The notes beneath the pieces were generated by a model, which was not told the origin of the DNA, searched no databases, and was given only the letters and a program-made list of their open reading frames with translations. Both the position numbers and the translations under genes were made by a program. DNA of 63,297 nucleotides, counting the filler. It is 8 parts of 8 records of this genome, joined end to end, with 100 filler letters (N's around TTAATTAATTAA, not from the genome) between each part and the next. Parts side by side here need not be neighbours in the genome. Positions count along the whole stretch, not along the records: positions 14,937 to 20,429 come from SRR2962707_3401; positions 20,530 to 31,306 come from SRR2962707_3402; 6 more parts are not named here. One strand, written 5' to 3'. This document shows, piece after piece, positions 17,698 through 28,491 of the stretch; positions within the stretch are counted from its first letter, which is position 1, and every line of letters starts with the position of its first letter.

Positions 17698-19062
17698 TTA
17701 TGACGCAAACTTAAGTAGAAACTCAGTGCCTTCTCCTATCTGGGACTTTGCGGAAATGTTACCTCCATGGTTCCTCATGATTTGTTTGGAAAGGCTTAAT
17801 CCGATACCGGAACCATTCTTTTTAGTCGTAAAAAATGGAATGAAAATCTTCTTAAGCGCCTCTTCCTCAATGCCTGTACCATTGTCGGCAATGGTGATAA
17901 AGGCACCTCCTGAGGGGGATGACATAGCGGTAATGGTAAGGATCTTATTTTCTTTTTCTCCTGCTGTCAATGCCTGAACAGCGTTTTTAACCACATTGAT
18001 GATTACCTGCTCGATTTGTTCTTTATCAATGTTGATGGTCAGGTCAGGTTTCACGGATAAATCAACTTGAATGCCATTCGTTTCAATATCCTGTCGTAGT
18101 AGCATGAGTACGTGACTGAAAATTTCATCCACTTTAGTGTTTTCAAGAGTAGGTAGCTTGATTCTGGTCATGTTTCTAAAGTCAGATACAAACTTGATCA
18201 AGCTTTCACTGCGATTGTGAATAGTTTTGACAGCCAGGTAAAAATCCTCGATGGTTTCATCCTCAATCTGATTGATGTTAGTTCCATTTTCCAGGAATTC
18301 TGAAAGATCCGATTCAACAGTTGCAGCAAGTGATGAAATGGGTGTTACCGAATTCATGATTTCGTGAGTAAGCACACGGATCAGGTTTTGCCACGCTTCC
18401 ATTTCTTTCTCCTCCAATTCCGATTGAATGTTCTGGATTGAAATCAGTTTGAATGCTTTGCCTCGGAGTGAAAGTTCAATGGCATATACAGCTAGCTGCA
18501 CCTCATCATCATTCTTGGAGATTTTAATCAGATCTCTTCCGCCGGTTTTCAGATCAAGAATTGATTCGGTTAAGGCAGGATGATCTTTGGAAATCTGCCT
18601 AATATTTTTGATTAGCTTGATTCCAAGAAGTTTCTTGGCAGCATTATTTATTATTTGCACCTCACCATCACTATCGAATGTGATGATGCCTATCCCAATG
18701 TGCTGAACAATGGTTCTTAAATACTGGTGTTGTGCCTCTTTATCAGCTCGTATTTCCCTGAATTTTCTCAGAATCTCATTGAATTCATGATAGAGTAAAT
18801 CCCTACTAGAACCGGTATCTCGTTCCGGATAGGTATTTGTGAAATCATCGTAGTGAATGCTTTCAAGGAAGTGAATGATCTCTCGGTTAGACTTCTCTAA
18901 GAAATTATATAGGTAGTATACCTCGATACTAATGAGGATGAATACCAAAAATTTGGTGAAGAAGTAGGTTTCTGTGTAATACAAAGATGTAAACAAAAAA
19001 ACTGTCGCCAGCAGAACGACCAATCTGACAAGGAGCTGAAACCGAAAGGATTTATAAACCAT
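17698..19062 (-). CDS. NtrY-like sensor histidine kinase (2 TM, PAS, HisKA, HATPase)
   Basis: LTHEIMNSVTPI, NVVKNA, DNGTGI, FIPFFTTKKNGSGIGL. Confidence 0.92.
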   Translation of the reverse strand: MVYKSFRFQLLVRLVVLLATVFLFTSLYYTETYFFTKFLVFILISIEVYYLYNFLEKSNREIIHFLESIHYDDFTNTYPERDTGSSRDLLYHEFNEILRKFREIRADKEAQHQYLRTIVQHIGIGIITFDSDGEVQIINNAAKKLLGIKLIKNIRQISKDHPALTESILDLKTGGRDLIKISKNDDEVQLAVYAIELSLRGKAFKLISIQNIQSELEEKEMEAWQNLIRVLTHEIMNSVTPISSLAATVESDLSEFLENGTNINQIEDETIEDFYLAVKTIHNRSESLIKFVSDFRNMTRIKLPTLENTKVDEIFSHVLMLLRQDIETNGIQVDLSVKPDLTINIDKEQIEQVIINVVKNAVQALTAGEKENKILTITAMSSPSGGAFITIADNGTGIEEEALKKIFIPFFTTKKNGSGIGLSLSKQIMRNHGGNISAKSQIGEGTEFLLKFAS

Positions 19063-20429
19063 GCTTCTCTAATCTTCTATATAATGAAGCGCGTGTGAGC
19101 CCAAGCTCTTTGGCAGCCTTCGAAATATTACCTTCATGCTTGTTCACAACCTTTTGGATCATGGTTTTCTCCATGTCTTCCAGGTTGTAGGAGTTCGGTT
19201 CAAGCGAGACATTGCTATCCGGTTTTTGTGCAAGGAAGAAAAAATCTTCTGGCATCAACTGGGCATTGTCGCTCATGATGATGGCGCGCTCTATAGCATG
19301 TTGCAATTCCCGGATGTTACCAGGCCATGGATATTTCTGGAGTTTAGATACAGTTGATGGAGCTACCCCACTAATGCTTTTTCTGTATTTTCCGGCATAC
19401 ATTTTCACAAAGTGATTGGCAAGCTCTTCCATATCTTCCATTCGTTCTCTGAGTGGAGGTAGGTGAATTTCTACCGTGTTAATTCGATACAATAGATCCT
19501 GACGGAATGTATTTTCATTCACCATTTCGTAAACCGGCATGTTTGTAGCACTGATGAGGCGAATATCCACCGGGATTTCCTGATTGCTACCTATTCTCGT
19601 GACTCTTCTGTTTTGGAGAGCCGTCAGAAGCTTCGATTGCAATGGTTGGCTCAGGTTGCCAATTTCATCCAGAAAAAGCGTCCCGCCGGAAGCTACCTCG
19701 AAACGACCGGCCCGATCTTCTTTGGCATCTGTGAATGATCCTTTTTTGTGCCCGAATAGCTCACTTTCAAATAAAGATTCGGTTATTGCTCCCATGTCTA
19801 CACCAATAAATGGCATGTCTTTCCTTAGTGATTTTTGATGAATAGCCCGGGCGATCAATTCTTTTCCGGTACCATTTTCGCCAAGAATCAACACGTTGGC
19901 ATCAGTGGAGGCTACTTTATCAATTAGCTTGAAAACCTTCTTAATCGCATCACTTTCACCAATAATGTCTTTAAATGCTTTACTGCTATCGGCCTGAAGT
20001 GTCTTAGAGGTTTGCTTTAGTTGACTAACTTCTTTGTAGCTCTTCTTAAGCTTAGAAGCGCTTGATAGGGTAGCCAACAATTTTTCATTTTGCCATGGTT
20101 TGAGTACAAAATCGGTTGCGCCAGCTTTTAAAGCTCTCACAGCCATTTCCACATCACCGAATGCTGTGATCAGGATGACAACAGCTTGTGGGTCTTTTTC
20201 AAGAATTTGTTCTAACCAATAAAATCCCTCTTTCCCGCTAGTGGTATCCTGGCTGAAATTCATATCCAGCAGGATTACATCGAAGCTGTCATTGTTTACC
20301 AGGAATGGAATCTTCCTGGGGTCCTTTTCAATCACCACCTCTTTGATGTGTTTTTTCAGGAGCATTTTGGCTGCCAATAACACATCTTCATCATCATCTA
20401 TTATGAGTATTTTATTTATTTCTTCTTCC
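19052..20429 (-). CDS. sigma54-dependent (NtrC-family) response regulator, start truncated
   Basis: ILIIDDDED, LLDMN, GENGTGKE, ESELFGH..GSFTDA, FLDEIG, WPGNIRELQH and a Fis HTH; frame is open to the contig end. Confidence 0.93.
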
Positions 20430-20529
20430 NNNNNNNNNNNNNNNNNNNNNNNNNNNNNNNNNNNNNNNNNNNNTTAATTAATTAANNNNNNNNNNNNNNN
20501 NNNNNNNNNNNNNNNNNNNNNNNNNNNNN
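20430..20529. other. Artificial contig spacer
   Basis: N44-TTAATTAATTAA-N44. Confidence 0.98.
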
Positions 20530-20559
20530 CCTCGTAGGCTTGCCTCGAGGGAGTTGATT
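20530..20559 (-). repeat. Partial copy of a Flavobacteriaceae REP/MITE-like repeat
   Basis: Reverse complement AATCAACTCCCTCGAGGCAAGCCTACGAGG matches the copies at 37106, 49127 and 54588. Confidence 0.75.
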
Positions 20560-20565
20560 GTAAGT

Positions 20566-20601
20566 AAAAAGCCCTTTGAAAGTTGACTTTCAAAGGGCTT
20601 T
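20566..20601 (-). terminator. Terminator after pruA
   Basis: AAAGCCCTTTGAAAGT-TG-ACTTTCAAAGGGCTTT inverted repeat with a T tail on the minus strand. Confidence 0.85.
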
Positions 20602-20623
20602 AACGACAGTATTTATAAGATTT

Positions 20624-22252
20624 TTATTCTCCTAAAAAAGGATATCTATAGTCCTCTGGAGAAACAAAAGTTTCTTTAATTAATCTCGGTGACACCCAAC
20701 GTAGAAGGTTTTGAGAAGAACCAGCCTTGTCATTTGTGCCAGAAGCTCTTGCTCCTCCAAATGGCTGCTGACCTACCACGGCACCTGTTGGTTTATCGTT
20801 AATATAGAAGTTTCCAGCACAGTTTTGTAAAGCAGTAGTGGCTTCTTCTATAGTATATCTGCATCCAGAGAAAACGGCTCCAGTAAGTGCATACTCAGAG
20901 GTTCCGTCTACCAATTCTAAAGTTTCGCTCCATTTGTCGTCTTCATATACATAAATGGTAACAATAGGACCGAATAGCTCGGTAGTCATTGTTTTGTATT
21001 TTGGATCTGTTGTGCGAATAACTGTAGGATGAATAAAATATCCTTTTGATTTATCATAGGTTCCTCCAACAACAATTTCAGCTTCTTTATCTTCTTTTGC
21101 TTGGTCAATATAACTAGCAAGCTTGTCAAAAGATCCTTCGTGGATTACTGCAGTAATAAAGTTCTCCATATTATTAGGAGCACCAATTTTAAACGACTCT
21201 ACATCTGTTTTAACAAAAGCTAGCACTTCATCAGCTAAAGATTTTGGTAAATATACACGAGATGCAGCACTACATTTCTGACCTTGGAATTCAAAAGCAC
21301 CTCTAGTAATAGCAGTTGCTACTTGTTTAGCATTAGAAGATGGATGAGCGATAATGAAATCTTTTCCTCCAGTTTCTCCAACAATTCTAGGGTATGTTTT
21401 ATAGGTATCAATGTTGTTACCTATTTTTTTCCATATTCCTTTAAATACATTTGTAGAACCAGTAAAATGAATTCCAGCAAAATCTGGACTAGCAAGAACT
21501 GTATCGGTAATCATTTCTGGGTCTCCATAAACAACGTTAATTACGCCATCTGGTAGTCCAGCTTCTTTAAAAATATCTACAATTACTTTAGCAGAAAAAA
21601 TTTGACTATCACTAGGTTTCCAAATAACTACATTCCCCATCATAGCTGCACTTGCAGGTAAATTCCCAGCAATTGCGGTAAAGTTGAAAGGAGTAATGGC
21701 ATAAACAAAACCTTCTAAAGGTCTGTATTCTACTCGATTCCATAAACCTTTGTCGGATTCTGGTTGATCGTCGTAGATTTTTGACATATACTCTACATTG
21801 AATGTAAGGAAATCAATCAACTCACAAGCACTATCAATTTCTGCTTGATGAATATTTTTTGATTGCGCAATCATAGTAGCTGCATTTATCTTATCTCTGT
21901 AAGGACCTGCAATTAAATCTGCAGCCTTTAAGAAAATTGCAGCACGTTGTTCCCAATTTAAAGCAGCCCATTTCTTTCTTGCTTCTAAATTGTTTGCAAT
22001 AGCTTTTTCAACATGTGATTTTTCCGCTAAATGATATTTTCCTACAATGTGTTGGTGATCATGTGGAGGAGATAAAGGTTTTGTATTACCTGTTTTAATT
22101 TCCTCGCTACCGATATACAACGGAACGTCAACGGTGCTATTAAAAAATTCGTCATACTGCTTCAACACAGCCTCTCTTTCTGTTGAGCCTGGAGCATACG
22201 ACTTTACGGGTTCGTTAACTGCCGCAGGAACATGAAAAAAGCCTTTTCCCAT
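20624..22252 (-). CDS. pruA: L-glutamate gamma-semialdehyde (P5C) dehydrogenase
   Basis: NEPVKSYAPG, ITPFNFTAI, GETGGKDF, FEFQGQKCSA, QQPFGGARASGTNDKAGS. Confidence 0.96.
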   Translation of the reverse strand: MGKGFFHVPAAVNEPVKSYAPGSTEREAVLKQYDEFFNSTVDVPLYIGSEEIKTGNTKPLSPPHDHQHIVGKYHLAEKSHVEKAIANNLEARKKWAALNWEQRAAIFLKAADLIAGPYRDKINAATMIAQSKNIHQAEIDSACELIDFLTFNVEYMSKIYDDQPESDKGLWNRVEYRPLEGFVYAITPFNFTAIAGNLPASAAMMGNVVIWKPSDSQIFSAKVIVDIFKEAGLPDGVINVVYGDPEMITDTVLASPDFAGIHFTGSTNVFKGIWKKIGNNIDTYKTYPRIVGETGGKDFIIAHPSSNAKQVATAITRGAFEFQGQKCSAASRVYLPKSLADEVLAFVKTDVESFKIGAPNNMENFITAVIHEGSFDKLASYIDQAKEDKEAEIVVGGTYDKSKGYFIHPTVIRTTDPKYKTMTTELFGPIVTIYVYEDDKWSETLELVDGTSEYALTGAVFSGCRYTIEEATTALQNCAGNFYINDKPTGAVVGQQPFGGARASGTNDKAGSSQNLLRWVSPRLIKETFVSPEDYRYPFLGE

Positions 22253-22283
22253 ACTTTCTGGATTTAATACATTAAAATTTTAT

Positions 22284-22291
22284 CAAAGGTA
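22284..22291 (-). promoter_or_regulatory. Bacteroidota -7 promoter element (TAnnTTTG) for pruA
   Basis: Minus strand TACCTTTG about 30 bp upstream of the start. Confidence 0.55.
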
Positions 22292-22338
22292 GTAAATGCC
22301 AGAGGGTTTAAAAAGTAAAATTGTGTTAAAGAGAAGGC

Positions 22339-22725
22339 TTAATTTAAAGCGAAGGGAGCATGGAGTTTAAATGTAGGAATAATCACTCGAAACCTTCTTG
22401 TTGAGGTAAAATTGACCATATTGTAATGACCTCTCATGGCTCCAATTGGGGATGTTAATAAACAGCCAGAACTGTATGTGTGAGATTCTCCTGGTTTTAA
22501 AACTGGTTTTTTTCCTATAACTCCTTCGCCATCAATTATTTCAATTTCATTTAAAGCATCAAAAATTTGCCAATGTCGAGAGGTGAGTTGTACGGAATCC
22601 TTGCTTTGATTCTCAATAGTAATTTTGTAACCAAAGGCATAGTGAAGCTTGTAGTTTTTGAAGAAAGTGCCTTCAAAACTAGTCTTTACAGAAATCTTTA
22701 TGCCTTTAGTAATTTGAGTAATCAT
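22339..22725 (-). CDS. apaG: ApaG protein
   Basis: VQLTSRHWQI.D, GEGVIG..P.LKPG....YSSGC.L. Confidence 0.95.
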   Translation of the reverse strand: MITQITKGIKISVKTSFEGTFFKNYKLHYAFGYKITIENQSKDSVQLTSRHWQIFDALNEIEIIDGEGVIGKKPVLKPGESHTYSSGCLLTSPIGAMRGHYNMVNFTSTRRFRVIIPTFKLHAPFALN

Positions 22726-22730
22726 ATATA

Positions 22731-23819
22731 TTAAAACGTAAATGCGCCCACTAAAACTATTATAGTTGTTGATATTGTAGCTAAAATAATGAAAATAGTA
22801 TTAATGTATATGAATTTAACAATAGTTTTTGTTCTGCTTTCCTTATAAAAACCTCGCATAGATTTATATAGGTATAGAAAGAATATTAAAATTGCCACTC
22901 CATGAAGGTTAATATTGAAAAGCCATTTAATAAGCAAAGTAAGGGTTAATAGGATGGTGAAAAGTGTTTGGGTGTGAAAACTAAAAATGATGTGATCTAT
23001 ATAGTGGAATTTTTCTGACGAATATACAAGCCATATAAAAGCAGAAAAAATAGGAAGAAGAATAAAAATAATAAATGGTAATTTAGCTATTAAAGTTGCA
23101 AAAAAGCTTCCTGGGTGGTGATATGTTTTGTAAAAGCTTTTAGCTAGTTTAAATGTAATCTTATTTTCAATGCTACTTTCTATTTTTAGGTGTTTTAGCG
23201 CTTCATCATATTCATAATATTTTTTTCGCTTAATATCATCATAAAAAAAATCAATCTTATCGTAAGTTCTGTTAATAAAGAGTTTGTTGTTTAACTTTTC
23301 AAATTGAATTTTTGGTGCTGTAGTTGTCTCTAGGGCTTCTTTTGGTTGGTATTTTTTTATGAGTTGATCTATTTCTTTTTTGTCTTCATCAGAAATAGAA
23401 CTTTCTTTTAAGGAGGCAAGAGTGTTTTCAATAAATAAAGAGTCTTTAGTAATATAATCGTTTACGGTATTATCTATATTATCAAAGTCGCTACTGTAGC
23501 TTATCATTAAAAAGTAAACAATGGTAACGCTTAAAAAGAAGCGGAATGGATTTGTGTAAGTGGCTCTTTTTCCGCTAACAAATTCCGTAGTTATTTTTCC
23601 AGGTCTTAAAATTAAGGCAGTTAGCGTTTTTCGAAGTTTGGAATCGTAAGAAAAAATGCTTGAAAAAAACTCTTCTACCATGTCTAGTAGGGTAAGTTTT
23701 TTTGTGCTATTTATTTGTCCGCAATAAGGGCAGTAGGAGTCGCTTTTCTCAAGAGGAAGTTCACAATTCAAACATTTTGTACCCCTATATTTTAAAGATG
23801 TTCTGTCGCTTTTGTTCAT
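22731..23819 (-). CDS. DUF3667-family membrane protein
   Basis: N-terminal CLNC...YCPYCGQ zinc ribbon, L..RPG..T.E...GKR..Y..PFR.F and C-terminal TM helices. Confidence 0.85.
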   Translation of the reverse strand: MNKSDRTSLKYRGTKCLNCELPLEKSDSYCPYCGQINSTKKLTLLDMVEEFFSSIFSYDSKLRKTLTALILRPGKITTEFVSGKRATYTNPFRFFLSVTIVYFLMISYSSDFDNIDNTVNDYITKDSLFIENTLASLKESSISDEDKKEIDQLIKKYQPKEALETTTAPKIQFEKLNNKLFINRTYDKIDFFYDDIKRKKYYEYDEALKHLKIESSIENKITFKLAKSFYKTYHHPGSFFATLIAKLPFIIFILLPIFSAFIWLVYSSEKFHYIDHIIFSFHTQTLFTILLTLTLLIKWLFNINLHGVAILIFFLYLYKSMRGFYKESRTKTIVKFIYINTIFIILATISTTIIVLVGAFTF

Positions 23820-23833
23820 TGTATAGGGTTTTC

Positions 23834-25090
23834 TTAATTGGAGATGTTTACAGAAGAGGCACTTCCAACCCCAATTAGGCTGTCGTAATTATCTCCAAAG
23901 TCTCTATAGTAAACTAAAATAGTGTAATTGTTTTCTGTTTCCCAGAAGCTACCGCTTATAAAATTGAAATCTACAATTCCTTTTTCGTTAACTTTTACAA
24001 ATTTATAATTGTAAAAACCTTGTTTTAGTAAAATAGCAGTATTAAGGGTGTTTGTTTTATCGTTTAATTTGAGTCGGTTTTCTTCTGTTAATTGGTAGTT
24101 ATTAAATTTTCCGTATACATAAATATTGTCTAATCCTATGGCGTTAGTATAGGCTAGGCTAAAGCGAACAAATGAATAATCTGCTTCTCTGTCAACATTC
24201 TGTTCAACACCATCAATGGTTCTTATGTAGAAATCTCCATTGATATCTGGATTGTAGGTGTAAGCCTTGTCTTTTCTAGACTCGTTAGTGTATAGGTAAT
24301 GATTGTATCTATTAGTAAGATCTACTCTTGCAATGGCATTACTAGAAACACGAATTTCCTTAGTGTCGAACCAAAAATATTCATTCCCACCTTCAAAAGA
24401 AGTCTCTTTGTCGTATTTGTAAATAAGTTGGTTCCCCGACATAAATTGGGGTTTAATACCAGAAATAATATAGTTGAAGTTGCTGTTTTGAAGAATTGCA
24501 ATTTTTACTTCTTGTTGCGGATTTATGAGTTCGTAATCTGGATGATTAATTGTGAATTGCAAGCGCTGAAGCTTGTCAATATTTTTCATGTCTCGAGAAC
24601 GTTTAACAACCGTGCCAACGCCAACAGCATCTTTATAAACCAAGAAGCGCCTAGAGAAAATGAGGTCTCCTTTGTTGTCTTTTACTTTTAGAATGTAATT
24701 ACCAGTAACGCGTAATTTTGTTTGCTGATTTGGAAGTGTGAGTTGGTAATTAGTATAGGGTTGGATGGTGGCAAGAGAATTTTCATAATTCATAATTCTT
24801 TGGTTATCAACACCAGTTAGGAATTGCGATTTCAATAATTTGGAAGGAGTCCAGTTGTAATTGCAATGTTCAATTTCATAATAATAATCTTTTTCATCAG
24901 CATATAAATCGTCAAAAGAGAGCGTCATTTTTTCGCCAATTTTAACAATAGGAAATTGGTCTCCTTCTTTGTCCGATTTAAATACAATCGACTTTATGTT
25001 TTCGGGCGGAGGAACTTCGTTTTGAATTTGAGAAAAAGAGAAGTTACTCAGGAGCAATATGGTAACGAAAAGGTTGTAGTTGAGCTTCAT
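23834..25090 (-). CDS. DUF5103-family periplasmic protein (T9SS plug-like)
   Basis: Signal peptide, LSFDDL, HCNYNW..S, F.GGNEY..FD, DING, LLKQGFYNY, ETENNY.ILVYYR; start placed at MKLNYN. Confidence 0.8.
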   Translation of the reverse strand: MKLNYNLFVTILLLSNFSFSQIQNEVPPPENIKSIVFKSDKEGDQFPIVKIGEKMTLSFDDLYADEKDYYYEIEHCNYNWTPSKLLKSQFLTGVDNQRIMNYENSLATIQPYTNYQLTLPNQQTKLRVTGNYILKVKDNKGDLIFSRRFLVYKDAVGVGTVVKRSRDMKNIDKLQRLQFTINHPDYELINPQQEVKIAILQNSNFNYIISGIKPQFMSGNQLIYKYDKETSFEGGNEYFWFDTKEIRVSSNAIARVDLTNRYNHYLYTNESRKDKAYTYNPDINGDFYIRTIDGVEQNVDREADYSFVRFSLAYTNAIGLDNIYVYGKFNNYQLTEENRLKLNDKTNTLNTAILLKQGFYNYKFVKVNEKGIVDFNFISGSFWETENNYTILVYYRDFGDNYDSLIGVGSASSVNISN

Positions 25091-25201
25091 CAGCAAAAAA
25101 TATTTTGGGATAAATATACGCAAAATACATTCTGGATTGATTTCAGGTAAATTCACTTTGAAAAATATAGGTTTTTATTATGCGAACTCTGTTTTAATTA
25201 T

Positions 25202-25209
25202 TAAATTTG
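25202..25209 (+). promoter_or_regulatory. Bacteroidota -7 promoter element of the nqr operon
   Basis: TAAATTTG about 40 bp upstream of nqrA. Confidence 0.6.
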
Positions 25210-25249
25210 CACGAATTTTTGAGTTAACTAATTTCATTAGATAGATAGC

Positions 25250-26593
25250 ATGTCAAACGACATTAAGATTAGAAAAGGCTTAGATATTAAGCTAAAGGGT
25301 GAAGCAGAAAAATTGGTTTCTGACGCGCCAAGATCTAAAAACTTCGCTATTAAGCCAACTGATTTTCATGGTGTTATGCCTAAAATGACAATCAAGGAAG
25401 GTGAGTCTGTAAAAGCCGGAGATATTATTTTTTATTCTAAGTACAAAGAGCAGGTGAAGTTTGTTTCGCCAGTTAGTGGTACATTGAAGGAAATTAAGCG
25501 CGGTGCAAAGCGAAGAATTTTAGAGGTTGTCATTGAAGCTGATACAACTGATACGTACAAAGAGTTTGGTCAGAAAGACGTAGAAACTATGTCTGGAGAC
25601 GAGGTAAAACAGCATTTGCTAGAAAGCGGATGTTGGCCTTTTATCAAGCAGAGGCCTTATGATATTATAGCAGACCCAGAGGATGCACCTAAAGCAATTT
25701 TTATTTCAGGAATGGCAACAGCGCCGTTGGCTGCAGATGTTGAATTTGCATTAGGAAAGCGTAAAGAAGATTTCCAGTTAGGGTTAAATGCAATATCAAA
25801 ACTTACCTCAGGAAAAACCCATCTTTCCATAGATAAAAGATCGGCTTCGTTTTTTAATGAAGTAAAAGGTGTACAGATTCATAAAGTTTCTGGACCGCAT
25901 CCAGCAGGAAATGTAGGAGTGCAAATACATCATATAGATCCTGTAAATGCTGGAGAGCGTGTTTGGGTTATAAATCCAGAAGATGTAGCAATTATTGGTT
26001 CTTTATTTAGAACTGGTAAGTTTGATGCAACTCGTGTTGTAGCAGTTGCTGGAACTGAGGCACCAAAAGCACAGTATTTTAGATTTAAAATCGGTTCTAA
26101 TGTAAAAGACATTGTAGGGCAATTGCCAGCAAATGTTAGAATTATTAGTGGAGATGTGCTTACTGGAGATAAAATTGCTAATGATGGTTTTGTTAGCTAT
26201 TACAGTTCTACAATTTCTTTGATTCCTGAAGGAAATGAATATAGAATGCTAGGATGGTTGCCGTTTAAAGACAACAATATTCCAAGTATGTCTAGAACTT
26301 CGTTATCATGGTTGTTCCCTAACAAAAAACACAAAGTAGACACTAATTTGAATGGTGAAGAAAGAGCTTTGGTTGTTACTGGGGAAATGGAAAAAGTATT
26401 GCCAATGGATGTATATCCAATGCAACTTCTAAAAGAATGTATGGCGCAGAATATTGAAAAAATGGAAAGCTTAGGGATTTACGAAGTAGCTCCGGAAGAT
26501 TTTGCATTAATAGACTACGTTAATACTTCTAAGCTTGAAGCTCAAGTTATTCTTAGAGAAGCTTTAGATGTAATGATAAAAGAAGTTGGGTAA
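25250..26593 (+). CDS. nqrA: Na+-translocating NADH:quinone reductase subunit A
   Basis: IKIRKGLDIKL.G, SPVSG, GPHPAGNVG, EVAPEDFAL. Confidence 0.97.
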   Translation: MSNDIKIRKGLDIKLKGEAEKLVSDAPRSKNFAIKPTDFHGVMPKMTIKEGESVKAGDIIFYSKYKEQVKFVSPVSGTLKEIKRGAKRRILEVVIEADTTDTYKEFGQKDVETMSGDEVKQHLLESGCWPFIKQRPYDIIADPEDAPKAIFISGMATAPLAADVEFALGKRKEDFQLGLNAISKLTSGKTHLSIDKRSASFFNEVKGVQIHKVSGPHPAGNVGVQIHHIDPVNAGERVWVINPEDVAIIGSLFRTGKFDATRVVAVAGTEAPKAQYFRFKIGSNVKDIVGQLPANVRIISGDVLTGDKIANDGFVSYYSSTISLIPEGNEYRMLGWLPFKDNNIPSMSRTSLSWLFPNKKHKVDTNLNGEERALVVTGEMEKVLPMDVYPMQLLKECMAQNIEKMESLGIYEVAPEDFALIDYVNTSKLEAQVILREALDVMIKEVG

Positions 26594-26605
26594 ATAAAAG
26601 AAGAT

Positions 26606-27763
26606 ATGAGCGCTTTAAGAAATAAATTAGATCAGCTAAAAAAACCTTTTAATAAAGGAGAGAAGTGGGAGAAATTTGCTCCTGCTTTTAATGCATTCGA
26701 TACCTTTTTGTATGTGCCTAATCACACCACAAAAAAAGGAGCACATATTCGAGATGCAGTAGATTTAAAGAGAACAATGATTACCGTAGTTATTGCTTTA
26801 TTACCAGCTTTATTCTACGGAATTTATAATGCAGGTTTTCAACATTACTCTCAGTTAGGAGAAGCATTTACTTTTTGGGATGCTTTTGCACATGGAGCAT
26901 GGAAAATATTGCCAATGGTTGCGGTTTCCTATATTGTTGGTTTAGGTATTGAATTTGTATTTGCAATATATAGAGGACATGAAGTAAACGAAGGGTATTT
27001 AGTTACAGGGTTATTAATTCCAATGATTATGCCAGTAGATATTCCATTATGGATGGTGGCAGTATCTGTAGCTTTTGCCGTTTTAATTGGAAAAGAAGCC
27101 TTTGGAGGAACTGGGATGAATATTCTAAATCCTGCGCTTACTGCAAGAGCATTTGCATTTTTTGCATACCCTACTTTTATGTCTGGGAATAAAGTATGGG
27201 TTTCTGATGCTACACACATCGATGCCATTTCTGGAGAAACAATTTTAGGAACTCTAGCAGCAGGAAAAGAAGTTACTTATGATGCTTGGACAATGTTTTC
27301 AGGAGCAATTCCAGGATCTATAGGAGAAACATCTACTTTATGGATTGTAATTGGTGCTGCTATTTTAATCCTTACTGGTATTGGTAGTTGGAGAATTATG
27401 GCAGGAGGTTTAATAGGAGGTGCATTTATGGGCTTTTTATTCAACTTGTGGAGTGCAAACGATTTAATGGCTTTTCCATGGTATCAACAATTATTAGTTG
27501 GTGGATTTGCTTTCGGACTCGTATTTATGGCTACAGATCCAGTATCTGCAGCACAAACACAAAAAGGGAAATGGATATATGGAATCTTAATCGGTATTTT
27601 CTGTATTATGATACGTGTATTTAACCCAGCTTATCCAGAAGGAGTAATGCTTGCTATTTTATTAATGAATGTATTTGCACCGACAATAGATCATTATGTA
27701 ATTCAGTCAAGTGTTAAAAGAAGAAAGAAACGTTTATCTACCGCTACGGTTAAATCTGCTTAA
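26606..27763 (+). CDS. nqrB: Na+-NQR subunit B
   Basis: HIRDAVDLKR.M, HEVNEG, FGGTGMN, DAISGET (FMN site), MATDPVS, PAYPEG. Confidence 0.97.
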   Translation: MSALRNKLDQLKKPFNKGEKWEKFAPAFNAFDTFLYVPNHTTKKGAHIRDAVDLKRTMITVVIALLPALFYGIYNAGFQHYSQLGEAFTFWDAFAHGAWKILPMVAVSYIVGLGIEFVFAIYRGHEVNEGYLVTGLLIPMIMPVDIPLWMVAVSVAFAVLIGKEAFGGTGMNILNPALTARAFAFFAYPTFMSGNKVWVSDATHIDAISGETILGTLAAGKEVTYDAWTMFSGAIPGSIGETSTLWIVIGAAILILTGIGSWRIMAGGLIGGAFMGFLFNLWSANDLMAFPWYQQLLVGGFAFGLVFMATDPVSAAQTQKGKWIYGILIGIFCIMIRVFNPAYPEGVMLAILLMNVFAPTIDHYVIQSSVKRRKKRLSTATVKSA

Positions 27764-27765
27764 TT

Positions 27766-28488
27766 ATGAATAGAGATAGTAACGCATATACTTTTATATT
27801 CGCTGGAATAATGGTTGTTATTGTGGCATCGGCTTTGGCCTTTGCAGCAACTTCATTGCAACCTATTCAGGCTAAAAATATAAAAATCGAAAAGATGCAA
27901 AACATTCTTGCTACTATTGGTATCGAAGCTTCAAAAGAAGAAGCGGAAGAAACATACCATAAGTATATAAAAGAAGAAATTGCTTTAGATAACAATGGAG
28001 AGGTAAAAACAGATGTAAAAGCATTTGATGTTGACCTAGCCAAAGAACTTAAAAAGGATGTTGAAAAACAACGTTTTCCTTTGTATGTAGCAGATGTTGA
28101 AGGAAAGAAATTCTATGTAATTCCATTACGTGGAGCTGGACTTTGGGATGCTATTTGGGGGTATGTTTCATTAGAAGATGATATCAATACCGTAAAAGGA
28201 GCTGTTTTTGATCATAAAGGAGAAACTCCTGGTCTTGGAGCTGAAATTACACAAGCATGGTTTCAACAACGATTTGAAGAAGAAAAAATATTTGACGAAT
28301 CAGGGGATTTTGTAGGAATTACAGTTCAGAAAGGATATTCTGGAGGAAGTAATAAGGATGATAATGCTGTAGATGCTATTTCTGGAGCTACCATTACTGG
28401 AGACGGTGTTACTAAAATGATACACGACCGATTGGAATTTTATCTTTCTTACTTAAAGAAACAAAATACTAAAGTAGCTTTAAAATAA
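27766..28488 (+). CDS. nqrC: Na+-NQR subunit C
   Basis: G.GLWD.IWG, H.GETPGLGAEI, VDAISGAT (FMN site). Confidence 0.97.
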   Translation: MNRDSNAYTFIFAGIMVVIVASALAFAATSLQPIQAKNIKIEKMQNILATIGIEASKEEAEETYHKYIKEEIALDNNGEVKTDVKAFDVDLAKELKKDVEKQRFPLYVADVEGKKFYVIPLRGAGLWDAIWGYVSLEDDINTVKGAVFDHKGETPGLGAEITQAWFQQRFEEEKIFDESGDFVGITVQKGYSGGSNKDDNAVDAISGATITGDGVTKMIHDRLEFYLSYLKKQNTKVALK

Positions 28489-28491
28489 TAT

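Noticed and set aside
19052-20429. GSFTDA instead of GAFTGA, considered as a sign of a sigma54-independent regulator
   Set aside because: GxFTDA variants are common in Bacteroidota enhancer-binding proteins; not distinctive.
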